Part shown: piece after piece, positions 1 to 13,106 of the stretch
Position numbering within the stretch: position 1 is the stretch's first letter
How the letters are laid out: each line of letters starts with the position of its first letter
DNA from: Phoronis australis
Taxonomy: Eukaryota; Animalia; Phoronida
Direction: 5' to 3'
Assembly (NCBI GenBank): GCA_002633005.1
Contig: NMRA01001159.1
Location: forward strand, 1-46,359
DNA length: 46,359 nucleotides
Notes under the pieces: model-generated
The model's input: the letters and a program-made list of their open reading frames with translations, nothing else
Databases searched by the model: none
Told to the model about the DNA's origin: nothing
Position numbers and translations under genes: made by a program

Positions 1-114
1 TGCTTTTGGGACATTAAATTGAGAAAAAGATCAAGGAAATGTGTCCCTAAACATTTTAAACTATCCTTATATAAACAACTAGTTCAACTAAACAACCTGT
101 GTGTCATTACTTAC

Positions 115-213
115 CCAATCACGTACATCTACACTGGCCTTGTTGGCCAACAGCACCTTCACTGTGTCTGTATGACCACTCTGTGCTGCCATGTGCAGCG
201 GTGTCCGGCCCCC
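115..213 (-). CDS. Ankyrin-repeat exon A (type I, 99 nt, phase 0): GGRTPLHMAAQSGHTDTVKVLLANKASVDVRDW
   Basis: Minus-strand translation gives one 33-aa ankyrin repeat (GxTPLHxAAxxGH...VKVLL...A.VD). Acceptor ...TTACATAG at 214-215; donor GTAAGT at 114-109. Confidence 0.92.
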
Positions 214-569
214 CTATGTAATATATAATGGAGATGTGTGAATGGACGATCAACGTTTAGAGCTAATTAACATACACGGGGGAAAGTGAACTTGTAAGAT
301 GACATAAATGAAACATTACTGACCCCTCTAAGACGCTACAATACTTGTAATGATTTCAAGAATCAAGTGTTACAGATTTTAAAACGCTACAGAACATGTT
401 ACAACTCTACGCAGCTTTGGTTCTTCACCAAGAAAAGCAGACGACATTGAACTTATTGATTTTGGACAATAAATTGTGAAAAATATCAACAAAATGTGTT
501 CCTAAACATTTTAAACTATCCTTATCTTAACAACTAGTTCAACTAAACAACCTGTGTGTCATTACTTGC

Positions 570-668
570 CTCATCACGTACATCTACACTGGCCTTGTTG
601 GCCAACAGCACCTTCACTGTGTCTGTATAACCACGCTCTGCTGCCATGTACAGCGGTGTCTGGCCCCA
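570..668 (-). CDS. Ankyrin-repeat exon B (type I, 99 nt, phase 0): WGQTPLYMAAERGYTDTVKVLLANKASVDVRDE
   Basis: Paralog of exon A, 455 bp away. AG acceptor at 669-670; donor is the non-canonical GCAAGT at 569-564. Confidence 0.85.
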
Positions 669-1233
669 CTATGTAATATATAATGGAGATGTGTGAATGG
701 ACGATCAACGTTTAGAGCTAATTAACATACACAGGGGAAAGTGAACTTGGAAGGTGACATAAATGAAACATTACTGACCCCTCTAAGACGCTACAATACT
801 TGTAATTATTTCAAGAATCAAGTGTTGCAGATTTTAAAACGTTGCTGTAACAACAGAAAATGCTGTAGACGTCGACTGTAAGAAATTACAGAGTTCCTCA
901 ATAACTTGACAGCGATCCCGCCATGTTGTATTTCTTCACCGATTTTCTGGCTTCGTGTTTAATATAAAGTTGTAATGTTGAATGGACGATTGTCATTAAG
1001 AAAAGAAAAGAATCAACGTTAAGTCGACAAATATATTGTTGACATAATTCAAACCTCAATGTTTCATAAAATGCATGTACACGGTACAGATTGAAAAATA
1101 TTTGTTGAAATCATGAGATATGAAAAGTGTATTTACACACAAAATATTAAGTTAAACTTCACATAGTCTACTGCTTTTGTAACAAAGATAACATGGTCTC
1201 AATTCTAATGTCTTCTCAAGTAGTTCCTATTAC

Positions 1234-1329
1234 CTCGTCTTGCACGTCTACATCGGCCCCACCCTGCACCAGCACCCTCACCACCTCCGTCCTGCCCTCC
1301 TCCGTTGCCATGTGAAGTGCTGTCTCGCC
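1234..1329 (-). CDS. Ankyrin-repeat exon C (type II, 96 nt, phase 0): GETALHMATEEGRTEVVRVLVQGGADVDVQDE
   Basis: Lies inside ORF 1216..1572. Acceptor TTGTTTCTGCAG ends at 1330, donor GTAATA starts at 1233. Matches the ankyrin consensus and is GC-rich relative to its flanks. Confidence 0.92.
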
Positions 1330-4150
1330 CTGCAGAAACAATGAACAAGTTATAGCAAACTTCACAATCACTAACTTCACTGTGAATCTTAATGACTTGT
1401 CATGCAAAGGTTGAAATATCACAATTGTACACAGATTCTCTGTTAATTTGATGTGAGTAAAACATTTAATTAAATTTTCCTTTGTTAGCCACAAACTACC
1501 ATGTATTGGACAGCAATGTTGAAGGACGCCTTGTTTCCTTAGTATATCGACCATACCTGCTGGGTGCATCAATTGAAAAACATGGTAAAACTAAGTTATA
1601 CAGTGTACGTCCAGTTTCACTTCTGTCCGAGGTCCAAAATAATTTCTAACGAATGTGTGTCATTGACAAACAGGAATAGAATTATGACAGAATACCAATA
1701 CATGATTAAAATGATATTGGAACTGGCTATTATTAAAATACAACTGAAGTATGAAGTAGTTTAAGGAATATTCAATTAGGCAATCTTTGGTAGGCCTATA
1801 TGGTGTTTTACTGGTTAGGAACAAATGCAGAGAGAACACAGTCAACTTGTTAATGTTATTGAACAAAGTGGTAACTGGTAAAACCTAGAAAAGAATACAC
1901 CCTTCTCTACATATTAAGCACATGATGAAACACATTTTACCAAAGCCATTCTTCTAATAAGACTGATGGTCAATCAATCACGTGGTTCACATTTTGCCGA
2001 AAATCCAGACGAATTGTTCTGATGTTCTGAGTCTCCAGACGTCGAGGCAGTGACCTGGCCAAGCGAACTGCTGCTTTTAAAAAGANTTTGACACTCGTTT
2101 GACATTGTAAATGCTGTGTTTCGGCATGGACACTATTTTCAAACTTGCTTAAAAAGTTTGACAAGATCAATGATTTACCTTATTCAACATTTTGTTTTTG
2201 ATGTTGCGTAATGAACGGAAAGTCAAAAATATGCGGTGTCCAAGACTTTCATATTCAGTACGGAACGATCACGACCTTTTCATGACAAGCAAACAAGGAC
2301 TACAAAAAAGTCAACATCAACATAAGCTGCCTCTACTTGCCGACGGCCACTTGGACCCGACGTTTACTTGGATAAAATATAGAAAACGGACTTATAAATA
2401 ACGTGCAAAAATGCAAAATCATGAGTCATGGAGTCATGTCCTCCATACCAAAAATAATGATAACATGTTGCACCGCAAATTCTCATGAAATTACCATTTC
2501 ATCTAATACAGAGCAGATCACTTTCCCCTTGTTAATAAATTTACAGAAAAATCACGCATTTGCAGTTGACAGGTTTTATTTTTGAAATTTGGAAATAAAA
2601 GAAAATGCTCTGTCATCAACAGAAATTAAAAATATTTACGAACAAAACTTAAAAAGACCAGGTGAGCTGGTTGAAATCTGTTTCAGTGGTGAAGAATTAC
2701 ATCCAATATTTCAATTTAGTTTGTTTATAGGGTTCCAAGCCTCTAATAAAAGATAATTTGGGAGTTAATAACTAGACATGCATTTGCACGTCAACACTGC
2801 ATTTCATTTCAATGAAATGTTCAGAACCTATATTTGAGCATTCAATGGATTCTGAGCAAAATAAAGCAACGCAATAGCGATCGCTTCAATTGTGTTGAGA
2901 AATAAATTTTTAGTTCACAATATATTAGTGACCATTAGAACAGAGAATCTGGTTTCAAGATCAAGAATTGGCCCATGTCGCTTCTTACTTTACAAGCGCA
3001 ATTCCCAGACCCGAGTGTTCACTAGTTACATGTACCTACAGCAGGGTGATAATCACTCCTAGCGATAAATTTCATGACCCGCTTTCATCAAACGAGAGAC
3101 AATGAAATTTGAAAAGTCAGCCACACGACCATGACAAGAACGTCTCTCTTTTAAAAACACAGTTGCGTCGTCACCGTTAACTAACAGTTATTATTGAGCA
3201 CATTCTCCACGCGTTAGAATGTTGTAATAGAACAACTGTACAGACTCAAAGTCTCATGCAAGCTGAGGATTTGGCCACCAGTATCAACTTGCAATATGCG
3301 GCTTGGAATTTCCAACATATGATTAGTGAGTTTTTATATATACATGTACATTTCTGGCAGATACATGGCAAATATGGTGCAACTCCCATGGATCCTACTA
3401 TCATTTACTTGTTGCCAAATGAAGTTCAAAGGAACACGAACAGAGAACAGTCTCATTGATGAACAGGATGTAAACACACGTGTAACGGGTGAGTATGAAA
3501 TAGTGCTGAATACGTCTTTGACGCGTTTTGTTGACTAGTTTTTAGATCCTTTTCAAATTTTCCGATGGGCCGAAAAGTTCTTAACAACAACAGAACACGT
3601 GATCACAGGTCACAAAACAGCGACGTATCCAGTAATTCTGTAACGATTAACTTAACAAACTATGTGGTGGAAAGGCGTATTATTTTAAGTAAAGCGTTGA
3701 GATTGTCCAATTACAATATCCTGGACAGTACCGTATTGCTACACTTCTCGGTCCCGGGGGGGGGGTCATGATTTGGAAATATCAGGCAACAGCCTGTTTG
3801 AACATGTGTCTCATTTTTCTTTTCATCGCAAACGACATCAAACGACTGAATGACAACCGTAGGCATACTAATAGCCGAACCTCAGCCACGGCTTGGGTTT
3901 CAGCGGACCAGTTTTGGGCTGCAAACTATTGCAAAGTAGACGCGACATTTATTGGAACAAGCACCCAGTGCTCTACAAATCGCCACCTTTAACTCGTGAA
4001 CATCTTCACTAAGGCGCCAATAGCTTTGGCAAGTGCCCACCTCTCCTTTAACTCTCTGAAATTGATTTTCAAAACTGCAAGACGCGTTTAAAAAGCGCTA
4101 AACGGATTAAAGTTTGGAGTCGCAGTGTTTTATGTTTGCAGTGGTCGTCC

Positions 4151-4226
4151 TTAGGGTTAGGTCTTAGGGTTAGGGTTTAAGGTCAAGGTTAGGGTTAGGG
4201 TTAGGTTTAGGGTTAGGAATAGGGTT
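4151..4226 (+). repeat. Degenerate interstitial (TTAGGG)n tract
   Basis: About 12 perfect or imperfect TTAGGG units. Confidence 0.85.
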
Positions 4227-7200
4227 CTCCTCTCCTCCGTCTTGAAAAGACGTGGCAGTGGTCTGGCCAGGTGAAGTGTTGCTTTCAACCCCATTTAGAA
4301 CGTCTGCACGTCAAACGAATGTCAAACAACTCAAATAGAAGAATTATAGCTTGATGGTGATTGGCCATGGTCTCTTTCATTGGTTCATTGTGATAAGGAA
4401 ATGCCCCTTTAAATATTTTCAAGAACAGGCAAATGTATCAATTTATCGCATGTACACGTGAAAACTGTAGCCTACGGCAAAGCGCTATTTTTAGAGCAAC
4501 GATTAGAATTTTCTATTTTAAGATAATCGATAATTTACCTTAGGGTGTTGTTTAAAGAGGGAAATGTTAACAATTTTGAATTCTCAAAGAATTTCATATG
4601 CAAAGGGACGATCACGATTGCTTAGATGACAAACAAACACGGAGTACAAAATATTATACATCTTGAACATAAGCCGCACTTTGATGTTACGTCACGACTC
4701 GCAGACGGACACTTGGATCACACGGTCAGTGAATGGACAAAATAAACAAAAATACGTACAGATGTGTACAAATGGAAAATAATGCATAATAGAATATGGC
4801 ACTCATACCCAAAATTATGAAAACATATTGAACCTTAAAACAACTGCCTGTTTGAAAAATATCTTCATGTCAATAAAGCCTTAAAATATCGTTTATTAAA
4901 AATCACCCAAGAAGTGCAATGCATCATGTGAACATCATTCCATCTATTAATAGAGGACAATCTGGAAATCTATAATTAGACATGCATTTGAACGTCAACA
5001 CTGGGTGCATGCTCGCGAATGGCCGAGACAAAATGTCGCCCCCCTTGAGATATCCTAGATCCGCCACTGTATTGAATTCATTCTCGACACGTTACTCCTG
5101 TACTACTGTACAGAACCAACTTTTCACGCCAGCTGAGATTTTGGCCACTCGTATCAAGTCGCAATATGCGTCTTGGAATTTTCAACATAACCGTACTGAG
5201 TTTTTACATGTACACCTCTTGGTTGAAACCTGGCCAATATGAATCGACTCATGAGGGTCTGAACACAATTTTGTTGTTGCCAAATTAAGTTCAAAAGAAC
5301 TCTCACGGAGAACAGCCCGATAACTGACTAGCAGTTGCAAACATACATGTATCGCGAAAAAATGAAATAATCCTGAAAGAGTTTTTGTTGAAATGTACTT
5401 TGGTTACTTTTTCAAATATTCGGATGCGCCGAAGAATATGCCAGACCACGTGATAAAACGTCACAAAACAGTGACGTTTACGATAAAGTTACCAAACTTT
5501 GTCTTGGAAAAAACATGTAAATTTTTTTGAGAAAATTGTCCGGATTGTGAAATTATAATATCCCAGATCATGGGCTACGTAGCACTGAGGAAAGTTAGGG
5601 TTATAACCCCCAGACCCCCTATGGAGCACCGCCCGTAGTCCATGGCACTGAAAACAGTGGGGGTACAGCCACCCGCCAACCACTATGGTGGGACGCCCGT
5701 GCAGATAATAGATCCCATTGCGACATTGTTTGGTTTTGTTCTTTGTGCTTACGGTCGAGTCCCGGCAAGGGATCGTGATTCGGTAATGTTAAGTAACAGC
5801 CTGTTTGAACATGCGTCCTGTTTTTTTCGCAAAAGACATAAAGCGAGTAAATTACAACCCTAGGTCCACTAATAGGCAAACGACGTCTTTTTCAGCGGAA
5901 AAGTTTTGATTTGCTACATATAACTATTGCAACTTATTTTTAAACAAGCAGACATAAAGTTTTACGAAATCATTTTAGTCTTCTATTCGCACACACCATG
6001 CCAATTTTTTACTCCCCAGATCATCAGTCGACTATGTCATTGATTTTTAAAACTTGCTTGGGAAAAAATATTGTTCCGACTGACACGTCAGCCAAAAAGA
6101 GTTAAGAATTTTGCGGGTGGTTGGAAAACACGTGGATGTTAACGAAATACACACATTCGCGCCTTGGTGGCGTTGCACCATTTCTTGCTATTGCAGTCTT
6201 TTGATGTTTTTGTATGCAACCATTTGGTAAAAAACTAAATTTGCGCCTTTTTTAACTTTGAAACATTTTGTAACAAGCGCCCACTGGTCTACTATTCGTC
6301 ACTCTTAATTTTTGACAAAATTCAATAAGCCGCCAACAGCTCTAGCAAGCCCCACCATTAATTTCCCTCACTGAAATTCATTTTCAACACTGCAAGATGC
6401 GTTTAATATGCGGTAACCGGACCAATGTTTTGAGTCGCAGTGTATTAAGTGTGTGGGGGTCCACGGAGACATCGAATTCTGTAAGCTACCGCGTGGTTTG
6501 AAACTGTCATCTACGTTGTCTATAGTCGGCCACACACTTATTGTGTTTAAGAACAAATTCGTTTTTCAAAAGAATCCCTTCTTTTATCAATATTTAAAAG
6601 CAAAGTCCCGGATTCGGTTGATGTCTCCGAATGAGAAGTAACCCCTCTGGCATGCATGTTGGGATCACGTGTCGTTTCTAGGCTAACATACATGTATATT
6701 CTGCAAATTTGTATGGCACGTACAATGTATCCGGTCCCAAGGAGCAAACTCGAATTACACGGTAATGGGAAGCCGCTCGGATTGAATATTATTTGGAGGT
6801 TCCAAGGGATTTCAATGGCGGTACAGAAAAATACAGTTACACCAAACAGTAAGAACTCGATTATGCGACCTGAAATTTGGAATTACTTGACGACGCAGGT
6901 AAAATCATAATCTCAACATTTTCTCGACGGCCTAAAACTTAATTTGGCGCATTTGGTTAATTTCTTGTAACCTGAATTTCGTGACGGCTTGATGGGATTT
7001 TGGCTAGGTCACAAAATGCGGATATAAAACGAGTTATTATTAGTTTTGCATTTGCCATGACCAAAATGTTAAGCATTGTCTAAAAATAAAATTGTTTGGA
7101 TAAATAAATTTCGTAAATATACTAAACAAAATGATAAAACAAAAACAAACAATAAGCAATACTTCTGTTCATGTCATCCGCGTTTTGTAGTGTAGGTGCT

Positions 7201-10200
7201 CAAAAGATTTGATCAGTGTAGGTCAAAGTTTTCCGCATCCAATTACAAGCCATAGTCTTGAATGACAACTTCGTCAAGTAAGCCAGACAAAACTGGTAAC
7301 ACTTTCTTAGCAGGAGACAGGCGAAGAAGGGATACTGCGAAAAAAGGCGAACCAGTTTTGTTATTATCAAAGCTTAAATCAATTACACCAAGTAGCAACA
7401 TTTTAGATCGCTAGGGAATTGTTTAATTAGTACTGGAAAAGTATCATAATTTAACTTCACTATGTCTTTCAAGTAGGATGTAAAGCTTATATCCAGAAAA
7501 GAATCAAATTCGTACTTCCCCTCGTCAGGTCTTCATGTACATTGGACACAACCTGTTTGATATCCGCATGGAGCTTGACAAAACACAGACAAATTTATCA
7601 AAATTGGGGTTCAAGTCTGTGATGACCGAATGTACCAACTAAAACGATCACATTTATTATATGCATATATTTATTAGCGCAACGCTGAGTACAGATGCTT
7701 TCTGGCTGTTGGCCAGAACCGAACAGACCACGAGGTCTCTAACAACTAGATGGAAGACACGCCCACTATATACTAAGACAGTTACCACAAAGTCAGAGTA
7801 ATTTGCAGACACAAATGAGAGTGATGACATGACTGAACTGTCCAATCATTCGAGATCAGTATATTGCTACAATTTGCATTGAATATTTTCAAATTTTATT
7901 CAGTCGCAAAATGATTTTTTCCTGAACATTATCTGGAGTAAGATGTCAGTAAGGCAAGTTACGTGTACACTAGTTAAAATCACTTCAGGACAGCACCCCA
8001 AACCTCGCAGAAACTCGTTCCCAGAATAATACATTCTTCGACAGGGTTGTATGGCGATAGTCCTAATGCCTAATATCTCTGATCACAGCAGATCACTAAA
8101 TTAGGAGACATTCTACAACCGCGGTTGACAGGAAAGAATTTAAAAATATACCATACTGCGTGTTCTAATAGTGTTTCAAATCACTTTCAGGTATTGTCAG
8201 CAAAGTTAGCAAAATGAAAGATGAATCATTTGTTTCCGTCATAGACTAGAAACATCAGTCCAAGGATGTCTTGTTCAATAATATAGTGCATGGGGTCGCA
8301 TAAAATGTATGTAAACAATTATCCGATAAAGCCTCCCGCCAAATAACATCAGAGCTGGTTCAGCAAAAACACTTGAAAAACATGCATCAAGCAAAAAGAG
8401 AAGTCTTAATTTTTTTAGGTTTTCACGAAATCGTTTTTTTAAATTAATTCTTAGGGATAAGCTTAATTATAGCATGATTTTGTGATTCAGCGAGTCCACT
8501 GTTTAAGCTATTCCGCAGTGCTACCTAACAAAAGCATCATGTGACTTTGGAACGACACTTGTCGATGGGAGTGGCTTCGCCCCTAACACACACCCTTGGT
8601 TACAGCCACGATTCTGGATCGCAGTGTTTAGTACATGAATGCCCAGCCCACACCAGAAGTTTGTTGAGACGGACAACTATACAGGCCCAAAAACTATTGG
8701 GTTCGGCACAAATCATTTTTACTTCGCTAAACAACCTCCCACCCTTCGCCCTCGCTCTAAGGTCAAGATTTGTTTTACTGTGATCCAGTTTTGGGAAAAC
8801 TTTATTTCCGTGGATTCTGAGTGGGCTAACTGCATGGTTATATCTTGTTTTTAGCGTGGGTACGTCAGTCATGACGGGAACGCAAATAAGGACAAGTAAA
8901 TAATTCAGTTTTGAACAGCAAAAATTCATTGCTCAACACTACTGGAAACTAAACACACCAAGGAATTGCAAACACAACCTTTCCAAGCAATAAGTTTAAT
9001 TTTATTTATATAGGGATTTTTAAAACGTTTTTCTATCTATGGTTTTTGAGTCCGAATTTTATCAATGTGTTTGAGTTATTTTAGATATGCAAAAATCTTC
9101 TATAAGTTTACTTTACTATTTGGGGATCCGATTATAGAGTTTTTCCAACTTCAGGGTGCAATTAAATTTACTGAAACATAGTCATATCTTACAAGATTAG
9201 CTTCTAATTGTCAAAAATCATTTATGAATCTATCGATTTTTGTAGCTACATAAACAAGTAAATCAGAAACCAACGAATTTGTGTGACGGGTAACCAGGGG
9301 AATGTGGGAGATGGGGCATTAAAGTGTGTTTGTGCTCGTTTCAGAGGTATCTATAACGGTTCAAGAGGTAAACTTGAAATCCACTGACAAAAAACGACGA
9401 AGTCTTTGTTTATGATTGTGAGAGTTTTTTGAGTACCCCTTTTGACATATACAGTCATCACAACAAGTAGCCTAGACAGTTTTTTGTACATGTGGGACTT
9501 CCTTACAAACAACTCATAGTAACCGTCTTCAAATCTTAAGATACTACGGGAAACAGTAACATTATTTTATAAGTAACCGTCGGAATTAGTCCTTTTGTGT
9601 AATTCACAAATAGCTGTCTTCATGTTCTTCAAAAATCCACACTTTCGATGGCGGCAATCTTACTGTATTTTTCACATTTTTGGTTGTTTGGGTCGAATGG
9701 CTGTGCTTTGCACAAATGTTTTGACTTTTTTGACAATTTGGAATCTCAACTTCCTTGTGAATACTTGGCAGTGTCGGATTTAGTTGTTTAGTGGGACAAA
9801 GGGACATTTCTCCCGAACTGCTCCAACGAGAGAGGGTACCGTCTGAAATGCGACACCTTGAGATGATAGGTTAAACACCATTAAGCTTGGAAAAAAAATG
9901 TGACAGTGCATTCCGCTGTCGTGTGGTCCGACAACGATGTAGGGAGTGACATCTTTGAACATGAAAGCCGGTTGCACGATTTCATAAAAAGCAACAAAAT
10001 AGAGGTAATCGACTCCAACATTGGGCCCTCTCCGTGAGTGGCCCCTTAAAAATTTGTCAATAAAACACAATAACGGGGGCCACTTGAATGACATCAATGT
10101 ACATGTATGCGCAGTTACAAAAATCTGTGGACGAAATTTGGTATCAAATTGTTCCACGTTTTTCTAAGAATTTATTCACAATTCTGTCCCATGTATTTTT

Positions 10201-12243
10201 ATAACTGAAAAAGAAATCCACGAAAAAACCCTCACGCCACTTTAGCAGATTTTGCGGTTACTCTAAAGGAACAATCATAAATTTCGTATTTTTCAGATAA
10301 TTGACATTAACCTTCACATGTGTCTCTGGTTTTAAATGCACACTGTTCACCATTTCAAAAAACTTGTAAAAGCTTGTGTTAACAGGTATTACTGTTTCCA
10401 GGCGAAATATTTGCACAGTTGGCATTCTAAAGGCGGTTTATGGTGAAACGTATATTTTCCGGGATATAATTTTGACAAACATTTTACATATTCAATATTT
10501 TCACGAGATAAGTTAACTTTGTCATCATATCAGTTGGTTTATATCATGACAAAGGACGCCAGGTGTAACCTGCCATTGAGTTGAAACTGGTCAGTTTTGG
10601 ATGGGTTTTCAATTCCGTCAAAACTAGTTGCACTCTGAAATTTTCCGTATTCGTTTTTTTCTTCTTTTTACGAGAAGATTCTCTGAATGTTGAGTCAAGG
10701 CATACGCATGTAGATATAATATTCAGTCATGGTTTCAGAATGGTTTTCAAACACTTTTGTGTCGATAATATACGAAAACAAAGTGTTAATAAAGAGTGAT
10801 TTCAATGTCAAGAACAGCCTCTGGTACAGACATGCTGAAGACTGCTAAACCGCAACAGGGGCTAAACTTTTTAATCCTGATGCCACCTATAGGGAACTCT
10901 GATAACAAGATTGCCTTAATTACTGTGAACTTCTAGGAATGAACACTTGTGCACGAAACAAATTATGAATTAAAACTGTCAGATCGTGAATGCGACAAAC
11001 TGGAACCCTATCATTGACGACAACGTCACAAACAAATCCGTATTTTCACTTGCTAGAACGCCTTTCGAAATCCTAAGTGGACATACATGTATCCTATAGT
11101 CAACTACATGTTATATACTAAAGCGAAGAGACAAACTTTGATTCAAAAACATCAAGAGAGAGAGAGATCTATAAAATAAATACATTATACTGATCAAACA
11201 CAAAACAAACAATCCGTTGATTTTTAAAAAATTTAAAACAATTTCACGATGCGGGAACCTGTACTACGTGTTTGGAATGGTCGTGAGGAGTGCGGCGTCG
11301 TCATGAGCATATTGATGTAGGAACACAGCACCAGTCGAACAAAACAGTCTTTAAAATGTAGAAATCGATCCTATATGTAAATAAAACAGTTTTGTCCAGT
11401 AGCTTAGGAGTCGTGGCAAGCTCTGAAATCTTCTTACGTTAGTGTGACAAGGAAAGACAGGCCAGTGCAACAAGGTAGCCCTGGTGAAGTGAAAAATGAA
11501 GAATATCGGTGAAAGTTTCTCATAAAATGATGCATTACAGTATGTCGGTGATTTAATACAACTCATACTGTGAGCAATATTCCATGCGTGTGCTGAAAAA
11601 GTTTCAGCTAAAATTGTGATTGATTAACAAGGACATGTAAAGAGCAAATTAGGCAGTAGGACGAGCGACAGTGCGGACTCGCCAGTGAGATGGTTAAGAA
11701 TTAGTCAAATTTTAATCAGAATAGATTGTTTAACTTTATAATTACCAATTGTTCTCGAGGAGTATTGTCGGATAGGTGACTTGACAAAGATTGGATGTAT
11801 TTGCTAATGGTGTCCTAAAGTAAGAACACAAATAAGAAGCTGCGGCAGGCGATTGTCATTGACTATTTTGGACAGAGTGAAATCGATGTAAAAACATTTT
11901 ACATTTTTTCAGATCAACCAATTTTAAGTGTTGTTAACTTGTATTGACAAAGATCACTTTGCAGAAGTAATTGGCCACGACGATCAAGTACTATAGATAA
12001 GGTATCTAACATTGCACGAGCACGGCGGTTTGGAACGTTTTAGAGTAAAAATATATACATGTAGGCACATCTCAACTCTGCTTTAGGGGAGGGCTGTGAA
12101 ACCAGGAGGAAAAGAGTTTGATCACAAGGGTCCATTTATGAAGAAGTCAAAAGTACAATGAGATGGCTAAGATGACAGGTCTAGCACGAGAATACAGAAA
12201 TATGTGATTATACACCACGCATGATCGATGCTTTGAAAACAAA

Positions 12244-12347
12244 AGGGAAGTCAAACATGTGAATCAAGTTTGATAACATAGGGAAGTCAAACATGTGAAT
12301 CAAGTTTGATAACATAGGGAAGTCAAACATGTGAATCAAGTTTGATA
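12244..12347. repeat. 36-bp tandem repeat, ~3 copies (AGGGAAGTCAAACATGTGAATCAAGTTTGATAACAT)
   Basis: Perfect units start at 12244, 12280 and 12316 (last one partial). Single diverged copy at the paralogous site, about 30182-30213. Confidence 0.92.
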
Positions 12348-13010
12348 GGATGATAACAGACATCTACTATCATCTTATTAAACTTGGCACGTCTCTCCTA
12401 ACTTTCTTACTGTTTGTAGATGTGTCAGAATTATTACCTTCTACAACAATGTAATATATAATGGAGATGTGTGAATGGACGATCAACGTTTAGAGATAAT
12501 TAACATACACGAGGGAAAGTGAACTTGTAAGGTGACATAAATGAAACATTACTGATCCCTCTAAGACGCTGCAATACTTGTAATGATATCAAGAATCAAG
12601 TGTTACAGATTTTAAAACGTTGCTGTAACAACAGAACATGTTGTAGACGTCGATTGCCAGAAATTACAGAGTTCCTGCATAACTTGACAGCGATCCCGCC
12701 ATGTTGTATTTCTTCACCGATTTTCTGGCTTCGTGTTTAATATAAAGTTGTAATGTTGAATGGACGATTGTCATTAAGAATAGAAAAGTATCAACGTTAA
12801 GTCGACAAATATATTGTTGACACAATTCAAACCTCAATGTTTCTTAAGATGCATGTACACGGTACAGATTGAAAAATATTTGTTGAAATCATGAGATATG
12901 AAAAGTGTATTTACACACAAAATATTAAGTTAAACTTCACATAGTCTACTGCTTTTGTAACAAAGATAACATGGTCTTAATTCTAATGTCTTCTAAGTAG
13001 TTCCTATTAC

Positions 13011-13106
13011 CTCGTCTTGCACGTCTACATTGGCCCCACCCTGCACCAGCACCCTCACCACCTCCGTCCTGCCCCTCTCTGCAGCTATGTGAAGTGCTGT
13101 GCGGCC
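13011..13106 (-). CDS. Ankyrin-repeat exon D (type II, 96 nt): GRTALHIAAERGRTEVVRVLVQGGANVDVQDE
   Basis: Paralog of exon C with intact CTGCAG acceptor and GTAATA donor; no stop codons. Confidence 0.88.

Larger units (their letters stand above)
1..841. repeat. 455-bp tandem exon+intron duplication (about 1-386 vs about 457-841); may continue off the left edge
   Basis: Direct alignment; 214-385 vs 669-840 differ at about 5 positions. Confidence 0.9.
671..12448. repeat. Segmental duplication, copy 1 (~11.8 kb)
   Basis: Colinear with 12449-30270: 671-1430~12450-13200; 2300-4220~16080-18020; 4500-6010~19930-21785; 6455-7980~21795-23147; 8750-9310~26090-26900; 10175-12445~26985-30265. Confidence 0.85.

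Noticed and set aside
1216-1572. 118-aa ORF as a complete gene
   Set aside because: Only 1234-1329 is ankyrin-like and it is bounded by splice sites; the rest is intron read-through that is not conserved in the paralogs.
4151-4226. True chromosome end
   Set aside because: Short, degenerate, internal, and duplicated together with its flanks.
12244-12347. 36-bp repeats as CRISPR direct repeats
   Set aside because: No spacers, no cas genes, eukaryotic context, and a single copy at the paralogous site.
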